Positions 50,948 to 64,000 of a stretch of 64,000 nucleotides of DNA are shown one piece after another (within the stretch, counting starts at the first letter, position 1; every line of letters starts with the position of its first letter). A program made the translations under genes and the position numbers. Below the pieces are notes generated by a model that was not told where the DNA came from, ran no database searches, and saw nothing but the letters and a program-made list of their open reading frames with translations. Source of the DNA: Rhizophagus irregularis (lineage: Eukaryota); contig NC_089432.1 of the NCBI RefSeq assembly GCF_026210795.1, positions 3,038,001 to 3,102,000 on the forward strand. The letters run 5' to 3'.

Positions 50948-50976
50948 CCCGATGCGAAACAACGGCACGATACTAG
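50948..50976 (+). mobile_element. Helitron 3' terminus, same family as 12220-12793
   Basis: CCCGATGCGAAACAACGG hairpin followed by CACGATA-CTAG|T. 5' end not identified. Confidence 0.65.
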
Positions 50977-51071
50977 TATTCCAATAAAATACATATACTG
51001 TAGTAGTAATAAAGAAAATAAATAGTAAACAATAGATATTAATAAAGAAATTTATATTCCTTTTCTTTTCT

Positions 51072-52764
51072 TTAGCTATTTTTATCTATAAAATGAATTA
51101 TTAAACAAATTGTTAATATTATTAGTAAAATTATACATGTAGGAAACAAATTAATATAAATGAGTACCTAGGTTGAGTTTAGTGAAATCTATTGCTTCTA
51201 TGGATTCTATATGATAAAGATAATTTTACATCAATAGTTTCAAGAATTTTAAGAATTTTATAATAATAAACTAAGACATTAATTACCTGAATATTCAAAT
51301 GAATTATCATCATCATTGTCATCAACAGCATTTTTTGGTTCTGGTAGATCTTTAAAGTTTAAAAGTCTACTCGTGTAAACTGCTTGAGGGTTCGTAGTAT
51401 ATGAAAGAGTAGTACCATTATATGGTAATGAAGAGGAAGTAAACCTTTCATTAATTTTATCTGCTTCTTCAATTTGCTTATTGATTTCATGGTCACGCCT
51501 ATCTGAAAAAAAAGAATTATATAAATTCTTTAATGAAACATGTAGTTCTTCTGCTTTAGGTCGTTTTAAAGGATCAGCATCCCAACATTGTTTAATTATG
51601 TCCAAAATTAGTTGAGGAATTTTGTAATCAGATTTTGGTCTAAGCCCTTTACAAATGCTAATTGCTAAGATTTTATCATGAGCAATATCATGATAAGGAG
51701 GAAGCCCTGTACAGACTTCATATGCAATAATTCCAAATCCATAAATATCGCTTTCTTGAGTATATTCTTTTCCTCTTAAAACTTCAGGCGCTACATAAGG
51801 TAATACTCCATATACTTTTTTATACTCATCTTGAGAAGATTTTACATTTGCTGGTCGACATAATCCTAAATCAGTAATACGAATATAATCATCATGATTT
51901 AATATATTGCCACAATGAATATCATGATGAATTAATCCTTGACTATGAATATCCTTAAGTCCGTTTGCAATCCTTTCTAAAAAGTCCAACTTTACTTTCC
52001 ATTCCATTGAATTAAAACTATTATTTAAACGTTGTCTTAAGCTGCCATCTTTTGAATACGGCATTACCATCATAAAATTATTAGATTCTGGATCTTTAGT
52101 AATACCATAACAAAAAGTTACCTTACGCGAAGAAATCGTAGTATGTAATTCAATCTAAAAATGATTCGTATATAATAACAAATAATAATCAGTTTAGTAC
52201 TTACAAAAGGAAAATATCTAAAAAAATTATAAATAAATAACTTACTTCTCTTAAAAAATCAACTGTAACATCTTGTGAATTATGTAAACATTTTAAGACA
52301 ACTGGAAAATTTTCGTAATTCTCAACCCAATATTTACTTCTTATCCATTTATTATTTTCAAAATCCCATTCTTCTATATAACCATCTTTCCAAATTGCTT
52401 TATAAATAGTTCCAAATCCTCCTTTGGCCAAATATTCAACATTTTCAAATCTATCATATTCAATCCACTCCAAAATTTTATCACTTGTTTTAGCTTTAAG
52501 TTGTGCTTTTTGAATAAGCTTATCAATTTCATTATTTCCACTAGTCCAATTTTTGAAATTTTGTTGAAATTTACATTGACACCAAGCACCAGTAATTTTA
52601 GGCTGCTTACCATCTTTGCATAAACCATTACTTTTATAACGTTCTTTTAATTCTTCATTTAATATTAGCTTATCAATTAGCAAATTTTGTTCATCCGTTA
52701 ATTCCCGATGGTAAAAATCTTTTATTTGCTCAATTACATCGCCACAGAGCATAAATTCTTCCAT
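51072..52764 (-). CDS. TKL-type protein kinase (second family, no Sel1 repeats)
   Basis: Exons 52764-52246, 52154-51287, 51206-51168, 51085-51072 in frame. WTSGN..IDKLI, AKGGFG, VVLK, HHDIHCGN, DLG, YVAPE, SDIYGFG, QAVYTSRLLNF. Confidence 0.9.
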
Positions 52765-53479
52765 ATTTTTGGATAATAAAAGTGATATTAACTTTATGTT
52801 TAAACAGAGTAAAAAGATTTTTTATTTTAAAAAAAAAAACACGACATTATAAAACGTATTACAGTCGCACAGCAGCGATCGACAAACCTTGGGCGTTCAA
52901 AAAATCAGCTGATGAAAATAATTCCGTTAAGAAATTTCTTTTTATATTTTACGTAATACAAATTCACAAAAATAATCGCCAAAATTACTATTTGTTATAT
53001 GGCAAGCCGAGTTGGACAAAATTATCAGACATTGTGCGATAAAATATCAAGCATGGCTAGACAAAATGTCACTCCGTGTCTGACATTTTACCTGTTTATG
53101 CTTCACTGTTAGTGAATGATTTCTAATCACGTGTATATCCAATCAATTATAATAAATGTGACTAATTAAACGTGATTTTTTTGGATCAATCATTGATTAA
53201 ATCATTAAATCCACTAATTTCAATATTCTTTTTTGGTACAATTTTCATATCACGAAATTTTAGAATAAAAATAAATTAACAGTTTTCTTTCAAGAAAGAA
53301 ATTATTCATTTTTTAATATCCTTTTATTGATAATATAATCTAACTTGATTATACAATTTCAACCATATAATATATTACAATTACAGTATTATTTATATGC
53401 TTTGAGGTCTTACCATAATCCACATATATAAATTTAAATAATTTTTTAATTATTATTAAACAATGAATAACAAAAAGTC

Positions 53480-55760
53480 ACATAGAACATTATTTTGCAT
53501 AAATAACAAATAGCTTTCCATCAGTAGATTCAGTGAATTCAACTTTAGATGAATATTTCTTGTAATGATTTGGCTATAAATTTACCAGATAAACAAACCA
53601 AAAAAGAAAACCATTTAAATTTAAATAGTACATTAATACAGTATTAAAACAAATCAATAGAGGCTATATTCATGAATGGCCCTCATCACATGTATTCTTC
53701 TCATTCCATATGGCATCCATTATAAAGTTAAATGCGTTTGTAAATGCCAGGTCTCCAATATCTAGAGTATTGAATGTTTAATGCCCAGCCCAATGTTAGG
53801 AGTCAATTTTGAAGTCTTTGCCTACACCAGGCTTTAAAAAAACCATAATAATAAAAATGTGTACTTTATTTTAGCAAATTAGCAACATATTTTTGTTTTA
53901 TATACCTCTGTTTCTTCTGAAATCGGGGTGATTTGCAGGAAAATTTGTTGCAATACATTATTATAGATTAAAAGAGCCATTTTCCATTTTGCTATCAGAT
54001 ATGCCAATATTAATAATTGTTGACCAGTTTATTTGAGATGTTGATGCTTTAAGAAACTATTTAGAATAAAGGAAATATCATTGCTAATTGCAAACAATCT
54101 GATATCATTGATATCATAAATATGAGAAATAGGTGTCTTTTGGGTGCAAATTTCCAGTTAATATTACATAATACTAATTTGCTATTCAGCAAAACACCAT
54201 ACAAGGTCATTGAAGTTTTTAACATTTTTAAGAGCATCTTCAATACATTTTACTTGTTCCAAGACTACCTTCTTTTCACTGTCTTGTTTAAAAACATACC
54301 ATGGTATATCACCTGATTTGTAGAAGATATCTAACATTAAGTCTTGCAAATCATTTTATAAGAAATGAAGTTAATCTATAAAAAAGAAGAAAACATTAGC
54401 AAAATGTTTGCTAAAAAAGAAAAAGGTTCAAAACATTAAAACTTACATTCAATTCAAAAAAAGATTTGTGAGAATGTAGTCTTTCATCATTGATGTCTTT
54501 TCTAATCATCTCTTTTCTTTGCCTTCATTTTTGTTTGGTCTCCTTTAAAGTTTCTTCATAATCTGACCCATTATCAAGTGTCATCTGATATCAGTATTGT
54601 GTTGTAATGATGACACTGTATAAATCCAATCAAAATAAAATCTTTTTCTATATATCAGAAATCTTAACCAGATATGGGTGCATGTATCACTCTCTATCCA
54701 GTTGGTTCTTCTTGTATTAAGTAGTTTCTCTCATTGGTGTTCATGTATTATATGTTTAATTATCCATACTTGATTTGGTGATGATCATAGTATTTTTCTT
54801 TAGATTAGGGCCATAACTTCCTTTCATCTTTGATCTCAACATGTTTCTTCGGTTGCTCCCAGAACCTGGATCTGAAATCAAAATAATAACGCTGACCTCT
54901 ATTCAACAAAATCCTAAAAATATCAACACAGTTCTCTTTGAGCTCTAATATAAATAAATGGGTAAAGTAATGCTTCAAAACATAATTAACCAGAAATATA
55001 TATGATTACAATTGTTCTTGGCTTACCACTAGAAGCAGGGGCTATGATTTTCCTTTTCATCCTTGATTTCAACTCTGCTCCTGTTTTATAATATTTAGTT
55101 AATAGATTATCCAATTACCACATAAAAGCTTTAATAATCAATTCACTCACCTTTTTTTGATCTGCAATTATCTCTTTCCAATTCTTTTATATAACCAAAA
55201 TGTCGTTCTGTATTTCAATTCAAGCTGTTCCTAAAGAAAACCAAAAAGGAATATTAATAACATTCAAGTCAAAAATAAAAATAAAAATAAAAATAAAAAA
55301 TAAAAAATAAAAATCCTTTGCTTACCTTTCGCAATTTGTTAAAAATCCTATTAATAAAATCCTTTTAAAAAAATAATTTTTTTTTTTCGTTCAACCCATT
55401 AAGTATATTATATGTTCTTTGATATTCCTTTGAAGTAAATGATGTTATAATGTTAAAGTGTAGTAAAGAATAACTTCGTAAGATTGTTGCTTATGAAAAT
55501 TTAAGACGTCATTTAAGAAACATATTTATGTGAAAAGGAATAAACGTCGCCCATTTTATGTTTGGTGAATTTTCCAATCTTCATGAACTTTCCATATATA
55601 TTGCAAATTGCGCTTTTAAATTTCGGACATAATTTGCGATGAATTTCAGAACGTGCCTCAAAAATGAAAATAAGGAATAAATTGTGATAACTGAAAAAAA
55701 ATTAAAAAAAAATTATTTAAGAATTTTTTTTTTTTTTTTAAAGTTATCATGACATCATAT
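53480..55760 (-). mobile_element. Decayed multi-exon transposon-like gene, copy B
   Basis: Diverged homologue of 41130-43200 with an additional broken coding stretch at about 53600-54350; CpG-poor. Confidence 0.55.
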
Positions 55761-56572
55761 ATTCATTTGATATACAAAGAACATCAACAATACATCCTAA
55801 CACTATATCAGAAGATAATTATTAAAGTACCAATTACAATTCATGATATTCTCACGTCTCACAGATGATTTTTATTTAAAAAGATGGATAAAAAAATCCA
55901 TCAATATTAGAACAATAAATCCATCATTATTAGCTTAAAAAGGTATATTAAAAAGTGTTTTGTGATATAAATATGGGAAATATAATGATTTTCACGGCAC
56001 AGCCGCACAGCCGTAAAAATCAATGTTATTCGTGAAATAACTATTACATAACTATTACATATTTTTACTACAATTCTTTTTTTAATTTATCATCATTATA
56101 TTGTATCCATCACTTTGTCAAAAAAAAATTTTTCTTAAAAAAAAAAAAGAAAAATGGTATTTTAAAACTTCTTTGACGTTAAAATTAATGTTACTAAATT
56201 AATATTAAACTGGCAGACAAAGTTCTTAACGAAAATTAATTTTGAATATTAAGAATTTCAATCATAATAATCTATTCTAATTTCAGAGGACTTTAAAAAA
56301 TCTATCGTATATTATAGTTCTTTCAATCTATATAACAAAAAAATTTTGTGTAAATTAATTTGAATTGTGTATCACAATTTTTCGCTAAAACGATTATGGA
56401 TGTTGATCATTTTATTTGTATGTATAGTACAATTTATCTCCGGTGCGACATACGATCAGCCTAATAAAAAAACTTGATTACAAATTTACACAAATTCATA
56501 TTTTTGGATTATAAATAGTACAAAATAAAATTAATTAACTTACGAAGTAAAAACTTTTCTGTACTTAAAAAA

Positions 56573-58698
56573 ATGTCTAATAGCGAACTTAAAGTTATTG
56601 ATAATTCAAATAAGTGGATTAATCAGATCGAAGAATCTATTGCAAAAAAACAAATTAAATATTATGATTATGAACATTTTAATAATATTCAAGAAATTGG
56701 TTCCGGAAGTTCTGGAAAAGTCTATCGTGCAAATTGGAAAAATTCTCATAATTATTTAGCGTTGAAATCTTTTTTTGATTTCAATATCACTGCGAAAGAA
56801 ATTATTAATGAAGTAATTATAATATTATATAAATATTTCTGTCTTTATGATACGTTATTGTGTATTATGTTCCTAATTTACAATTTTATTTTCGGTTTAG
56901 CTTGAACTTTTACGTGAGGTTGATATTCATGAAAATATTATTCACTTTTATGGCATTACAACAGGTGTTTAGATATTTTAAAAACTTTATTTTGATAAAA
57001 ATGAAAAAAAAGTTCTAAAATATTTTTTTTTTTTTACCATTCAAAGAAACCCAAAGTGATAATGTAAAAAAATATTTGCTAGTGATGGAATATGCCGATA
57101 GCGGCACCCTTCGAAATTATTTAAGTGAACGCTTTGAACATCTCACTTGGAATGATAAGTTAAATTTATCACTTCAGTTAGCTAATGCTATATCATGCTT
57201 ACATAATGAAGAAATTATGCATCTTGATTTGGTAGGTTATTTTACTTATTCACATTTTATTAAATTATGATACCTAATACATTTATTTGTTCTTTTATTG
57301 CCTTTGTAATAGCACTCTAGTAATATATTGGTTCATAGGAATATCATCAAATTGGCTGATTTTGGGTTGTCAAAAAGGATTGGAGAATCGTTCAATATTC
57401 AATCAAATTTATTTAAAACAGTCGCCTACATTGATCCACAAATTTTTAATATAAAAGGGGATATCAACAGTCAATATTTATTAAGCAAAAAGAGTGATGT
57501 TTACAGTATTGGCATACTTTTTTGGGAATTATCTAGTGGAAGACCACCTTTTTGTAATAAATCATACAATGTTGATTTGGCTATGGAAATTTTACAAGGT
57601 CTTAGAGAAAAACCTATTTTTAATACACCAGAAGACTATGTGAAATTATATACTGGTAAATACAATTTTAAATTTCAATTATGATAATTATGATTTATAA
57701 CGACCTAATCCGTTTTTTTCTATTCAGAATGCTGGAATGATGAACCAGATAATCGTCCAACTATCAATCAAATTGTTACTAAATTAAATGCAATTACTTT
57801 AGATTTTCAACAAAATAATTCTAATGCAGATATCCAGCTTAGATCAAATATTGAAATTTCTGAAAATATTATTTATGAGAAAATGTCTCAAATTATTCAA
57901 AATTTTAATAAGATAAATATAAAAGAAATGGAACCTTTGATTTCATCAAACTTAATTATAAATAACTTTAGCATGGTGATTAATGAATTAACTATCTTTC
58001 TTGAAAATATAGATGTAAGAAGGAAAAAACATGAAATTATTAATTATCTTAATAATCATGATGTCACCTCACAAGAATTTTATGATTGGTTATTATCTAA
58101 TCAGGGTAATTCAGATGCTATTTTTTTACTTGGAATATTTAATCATTTTGGAATCGTTACTAATATAGACAAGCAAAAGGCATTTGAATTATATCAAAAT
58201 GCTGCAAATTCAGGAAATGCATTTGGAATAACTAGCTTAGGATATTGTTATAGTAGTGGGGTTGGAACCAGTATTGATAAACAAATGGCAGTTGAACTAT
58301 ATCAAAAGGCTGCAGATTTAGGTATTCCACGTGGAATAAATAATTTAGGTACCTGTTATTTAAATGGATTTGGAACGTTTGTTAATAGACAAAAGGCATT
58401 TGAATTGTTTCAAAAAGCAGCAAATTTAGGATTTACGCATGGAATATTTAGTTTAGGATATTGCTATTTAAATGGATTTGGAACACCTTATGATAGACAA
58501 AAGGCATTTGAATTGTATCAAAGGGCTGCAAATTTAGGAGATAGTTTAGCTCAATATAATCTTGCCTGTATGTATGAAAACGGAGTAGGTGTTGAAGTAG
58601 ATATAAATCAAGCAATTTATTGGTATAAGAAATCTGCCGAACAAGGAGAGAAAGATGCTAAATGTAAATTAGATTTTTTAATAAATAAAAAGAACTGA
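56573..58698 (+). CDS. TKL kinase + Sel1-repeat protein
   Basis: Exons 56573-56812, 56901-56964, 57047-57231, 57313-57655, 57728-58698 in frame. GSGSSG, ALKS, HLDLHSSN, DFG; about five Sel1 repeats. Confidence 0.92.
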
Positions 58699-59227
58699 AA
58701 TATATTTAAATTTTTCTTGTATTATCCAGTCAGCTTCATAATGCTTTAACCGATAAAGATTACATACGGGTTTATATTGCTGGTAGAATTTCTAAGCAAA
58801 TAAGTTGCAATTAAATATTAATGTATGAAAAAATATTGACAAATTTTGAATATTTTACATTTCCCTGTAAAAAATTTTTCAGAAAAATGATCATTTATCG
58901 GAGTTTTTCCAGTATTTTTTTTATAATTTATTTTAATGATTTAAATGTAATTTTTAATGTTTAAATCCTGTGATTAATTAAAGTCTTTATCATAAAAGAA
59001 TGTACTTGCTGTTAAAAAACCAGACCTACTTTCTTACTGATTAACTTTCTTGTCATTCCGTTAAATTCTTCCATATTACCTCTTAACCTTCTTAACCTGT
59101 AAGTTTTTCATAATCACATTATTTTGGTTGATTATTAATAAGTTCTTTATTTTAATAGATACGGTTTTGCTTATTTCTTTATTAACAAAACTCTTGAGAA
59201 ATATTAATTTTAATGTGTTATCTTGAC

Positions 59228-59318
59228 TAGGGATGACAACGGCCAGTCAAATGGTCGGTCAGAAGCCTTTGACTGACCGAAATCGGTCAGTTAATAACCG
59301 TGACCGTTGCTATCCCTA
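59228..59318. mobile_element. Minimal hAT-type MITE (91 bp)
   Basis: TIR TAGGGATGACAACGG / CCGTTGCTATCCCTA; 8-bp TSD ATCTTGAC / ATTTTGAC (7 of 8); internal GACCG/CGGTC repeats. Confidence 0.8.
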
Positions 59319-60682
59319 ATTTTGACCTTATTTTCATTGTTAATAAGTCGTATTTTTTGATTACATTTTACATCAAACAAGTGACACAACATGAAAAACT
59401 TTTACAGATTCTATAAAGCTCAAATTATAGCTATTATAGCTTCCTATTCATCTATAAAAGTGACGTTATTTCATTAGGAATTTTCATTTTTGAAAATTTT
59501 AGTCAATATATTTAGCAATTCAAATAACAACTTTTTATATGCATGTAAACCTTTCATTGGCTCAAACTTGCACAAGAGCGGATCAAAAAAAAAAAATGCC
59601 GCGATAGGGGGGATCATGTTTTGCCCTAATCTAGACTATAGCCCACTCCGTTGTTTTATTAGCTATAATAAAAGTAATTACCGTACTCTATTTTGTCTAT
59701 TTTCATATATTTTGGTAATAATTCATATCTTTGTGATTGTCAAAGCAGTTAATATTACAATAATATTAATAATTACCTTCTGTTCACTATAAAAATATGG
59801 ATGATGTTGAGAATAAAATAAATCTATTCAAATGAGTTTGTAACAAGAGTTATAAAACCAATAAAAACCAATTTTTAACTTGAAAAAAAAAACTTATCAG
59901 TATATAACTCTTTATCAGAGCAAAAAAAGAAAGTACTAAAGAAAATATAACTGAAAAGATAATTCTATACTGTGCAATATACTGTACATATATTTTCATA
60001 TGATATATGTAAACAAAAAAAAAGTTTTCATAGGAACCACGAGAAAAACAGAGATTTTATTCACACAATTCCTTTAAGAATTTATCAAAATTCCGCGCTA
60101 ACTTCGGACATCTTTTTAATTAATAATTATCTAGAATATTACTATTATTAAATGAGCATCATACCCATTCGTACTCACATGGTGGTTCTCGTATGACAAA
60201 TTTAAATTGTAAAAGTTATGATTTGGCATAAATAATACGGTATTTTACCTAGACAAAGTTGGAAACAACTATTAATCTATTCAAGGAGACTAGTTCCAAA
60301 AAATCCAATTTACGCTGAAGTCTCATTTTATAGAAATTATTTTGATAGTCACATTTGCATATTGATTATAGTCTCACAAATGATCCTACGTAAAAAATTT
60401 ACCAATGTTACACCATTAGCAACGTAAGACATTGTTGTTCCTTACTAAATTTTTTCTGTTGCATGCAAAAGACTTACAAATTACACAAACTGATTTTGTT
60501 TAAAACGCCAATTTCTATAGATTTACTAATAATACAAACTCATTTTTTCCTTTTTTTAAACTATTTTCTGATTTGTAACTTATGGATTAATGCTACGTGT
60601 GAGAAATACTTTTTTTAAATTGTTTATATACTGAAACATTTACCAACATCTTTACGCAGCAAAAATTTTCAGTACTTAAACA

Positions 60683-61206
60683 ATGTTTCATACTAACTCT
60701 GAACTTGATGTTACTGGTAATTCGAATGAGTAGATTAATTGGATTGAAGAATCTATTAAAAAAAAATAAATAAATATTACGATTATAATTGGTTTCTGAA
60801 GTTTTGGAAAAGTTTATCGTGTAAATTGGAAAAAATCTCAGTTATTTAGCATTGAAATCTTTTATTAACTTCAACATTACTACTAAAGAAATTGTTAATG
60901 AAGTAATTATAATATAAAGAAAGCAAATTTAGGAAACTCACGAGGAATATATAATTTAGGATATATTATTTAAATAGAATTGAAACAAGCGTTGATGATC
61001 AAAAGGCATTTGAATTATATCAAAAAATAGAAAATAGGTGGAGTCACCGGTTTAGGTTATTGTTATAAAAAAGGAGTGTTGATGAAAGCATTTGAATTAT
61101 TTCAAGAGGCAGCAAAAATTAGAAAGTGATATAGCTAAATGTACAATTTATTGGTACAAAATTTCTGCTGAACAATTTAAATTATTTAATAAGCAAAAAG
61201 AATTGA
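60683..61206 (+). pseudogene. Collapsed kinase-Sel1 pseudogene
   Basis: Exon 1 with stop and deletions (NE*INWIEES...VYRVNWKK...KEIVNE|gtaatt) joined directly to decayed Sel1 repeats (ANLGNSRGIYNLG...QKAFELYQK...IYWYK.SAEQ). Exons 2-4 missing. Confidence 0.85.
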
Positions 61207-61424
61207 AAAATATAACTAATTAGTTAGTTTTAAAATTTAATAAAAAATTACTGTTACAATTTTAATATTTTAACGTTCAATAATATTTTGTATTTTTAAT
61301 ACTGTGGTTAGTTAAGTATTTAATGTGTAAGGCCATCATTTATTCTCATAATTTTTTTATATTTATTTATGTGTAAAACAAAAAATAATTTATTTACATA
61401 TTTCAATTTCAATTTCTATTCGTA

Positions 61425-61699
61425 CACGAAGTGTTCAAACACGGGTTTCCAAAAAAGGTAAATTTTTATGCCAATCACTTAATGTCGGCCGGAATTAAGT
61501 TTAAACAAAAAAAAAAGAAATGAAAAGATACAAAAATGACATTCAAACCCATCCTTACACTTTAAGCAAACTTGCAGAATATGAAAAAATGTATTTGCTG
61601 TGCGTTGTTTTAAATGTTTATACTTATTAAATTTTTTTTCCATAAATTTTTGTTGTAAGGTCACGATTGTCACGTGGTATATGTTTTGAAACACCCGTG
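61425..61699. mobile_element. Tc1/mariner-like MITE
   Basis: TA|CACGAAGTGTTCAAAC ... GTTTTGAAACACCCGTG|TA: imperfect TIR with TA flanks. Confidence 0.6.
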
Positions 61700-62170
61700 T
61701 ATATTTAAGAAATTTTCATATCAAATTAATATATATATATTTTTAATTATTATCTATTTTTAATATTAACCATATCTGCTGCCATAATTTTATCTTCACA
61801 AAAGAACCATCATTTAATAGTACAATCAACAAGAAACTTTATAAAATAATTCCTACAAGTAGAGCATAAAAAAAAATAATGAAAAGCCGCCCTAAGACAA
61901 CACCCTTCTGGTGCCATTTAAACCGGTTTAATTATAACAGTTAATCGGTTTAAACAGGTTTAATTTAACCGGTAAGTCAGTCTGACGTAGGACATTGTCT
62001 TTTTCTACCAAATGGGAATGACTTACCGTTACAATTACACAAATTCTTTTTTTGGAATTTGTTTCATATCAATGGCGCCAATTTCTATAAATAGATTTTT
62101 TTTTCTTTTTTTAACTTTTTTAATGAAAAATTGACTTTCGCGGTTATAACATTACTGTAATAATTAATCA

Positions 62171-64000
62171 ATGTCTAATAACACTGAACATAAGGTTATT
62201 GCTAATTCAAATGAGTGGATTAATTGGATTGAAGAATCTATCGCAAAAGGATACACTAAATATTATGACTATAAACATTTTAATAATATTCAAGAAATTG
62301 GTTTTGGATGTTTTGGAAAAGTTTATCGTGCAAATTGGAAAAATTCACACGATTTTTTAGCATTGAAATCTTTTATTAATTTCAACATTGCTGCCAAAGA
62401 AATTGTTAATGAAGTAATTATACTGTAACATAAAAAATATTTAATATGCTTGTACAATACGTTTCTAATTTATAATAATATTTTGATTTAGCTTAAGCTA
62501 CAACGTGACGTTGATTTTCATGAGAATATCATTCGCTTTTATGGCATTTCCACAGGTATTATAAATATTTTAATAACTTATAATTTTTTATAAAAATGAA
62601 AAAAAAATCTAAAATATTTGTTATCCTTCAAAAGAAAACCAAAGTGATAATTCAGGAAAATATTTTCTGGTTATGGAATATGTCGATAGTGGTACCCTTC
62701 GAAATTATTTAAGTGAACACTCTGAAAACCTTATTTGGAATGATAAATTGAATTTGGCACTTCAGTTAGCTAATGCTATATCATGGTTACATGATAAAGA
62801 AATCATGCATCATGATTTGGTAAGTTATTTGCTTATTTGCATTTAATTAAATTATACTATAAGATTATATACCCACAATATACTCATTAATTTTATTTAT
62901 CTAATGTCGCGTTCGCGATAAAAAAAAATTTATTTATTGCGTTTAATAATAGCATTCCAATAATATATTAGTTCAAAAGAAAGCCATTAAATTAGCTGAC
63001 TTTGGATTGTCAAAAAGGATTAAAAAATTAATTAACTTTCAATCAAATTTATTTGAAATAGTCGCTTACATTGATCCAAGAATTTTTAATATTAAAGGGG
63101 ATATCAACAACCAAAATCAAGTATATTCATTAAATAAAAAAAGTGACATATACAGTATTGGCATACTTTTTTGGGAATTGTCTAGTGGAAGACCACCTTT
63201 TTGTAATAAATCATACAATATTGATTTAGCCATGGAAATATTACAAGGTCTTAGAGAGAACCCCATTCCTAATACACCCGAAGGCTATGTAAAAATTTAC
63301 ACTGGTATGTATAATTAAATTTTAATAATGATATATAATTATTAATTAATTAAGTTTATCATTTTTTTATTCAGAATGTTGGAATAATGACCCAGATAAA
63401 CGTCCAACTGCCAATCAAATTATTATTAAATTAAATGAAATTATTTCAGATTTTCAGCAAAATAATTTTGGGGATATCCAATTATCAAGTATTACAATAT
63501 CTGAAAATAATAATAATTTATTGCATGAAAAAATGTCCCAAATTATTCAAAATTTTAGTAAGATAAATATAAAAGAAAAAGAGCCTTCAATTTCGTCAAG
63601 TCTAATTATAGATAACTTTAGCATGGTGGTTAATGAATTAACTATCCTTCTTGAAAATATAGAAACAAATAGAGGAAAATATGAAATTATTAATTATCTT
63701 AAAAATCATAATATAACTTCACAAGAATTTTACAATTGGTTATTAAATAATCAGGATAATTCGGATTCTATTGTTTTACTTGGAGTTCTTAATCATTTTG
63801 GAATTGTAATTTGTGTAGATGAACAAAAGGCATTTGGATTATATCTAAATGCAGCAATTTTAGGAAATGTTTATGGAATAATTTGTTTAGGGTACTGTTA
63901 TGGTGAAGGAATTGGAACCAGTATTAATAAACAGAAGGCATTTGAATTATTTCAAGAAGCAGCAAATTTAGGAAATTCACGAGGAATATATAATTTAGGG
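62171..64000 (+). CDS. TKL kinase + Sel1-repeat protein, 3' end runs off the window
   Basis: Exons 62171-62413, 62492-62555, 62635-62819, 62953-63304, 63375->64000 in frame. GFGCFG, ALKS, HHDLHSNN, DFG; Sel1 repeats begin at about 63770. Confidence 0.9.

Overview
This is very AT-rich, intron-containing eukaryotic DNA. The gene families and repeats point to an arbuscular mycorrhizal fungus (Glomeromycotina, Rhizophagus-like); this is an inference from family content, not a database match. The window is dominated by a local array of tyrosine-kinase-like (TKL) kinase + Sel1-repeat genes. Six copies with the same 5-exon structure look intact as far as visible (two run off the window edges) and two are decayed. 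There is also one intact and one broken kinase of a second family, an ICMT/Ste14-like membrane methyltransferase and an intronless F-box-like/LRR gene. Intergenic space is filled with decayed transposons: LINE remnants, hAT, CACTA/EnSpm-like and Tc1/mariner MITEs (several with readable TIRs and TSDs), and Helitron ends. The most unusual region is about 10.1-13.8 kb. There a DNA-transposon-like shell, built from ~60-bp palindromic units whose 14-bp core occurs in both orientations, encloses an intronless, foreign-looking cargo. The cargo holds an intact 163-aa glycine-rich ORF and a divergently oriented decayed gene whose C-terminus resembles a bacterial polymorphic-toxin (Ntox37-like) tip, with a complete small Helitron between them. 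Other notable signals are mosaic kinase/Sel1 paralogues, one paralogue ending in a polybasic + CaaX motif near the ICMT-like gene, a conserved promoter module, and transposon-associated micro-exon arrays. No rRNA, tRNA or CRISPR array was recognised. Coordinates were read by eye and element boundaries are approximate unless TIRs/TSDs are quoted.
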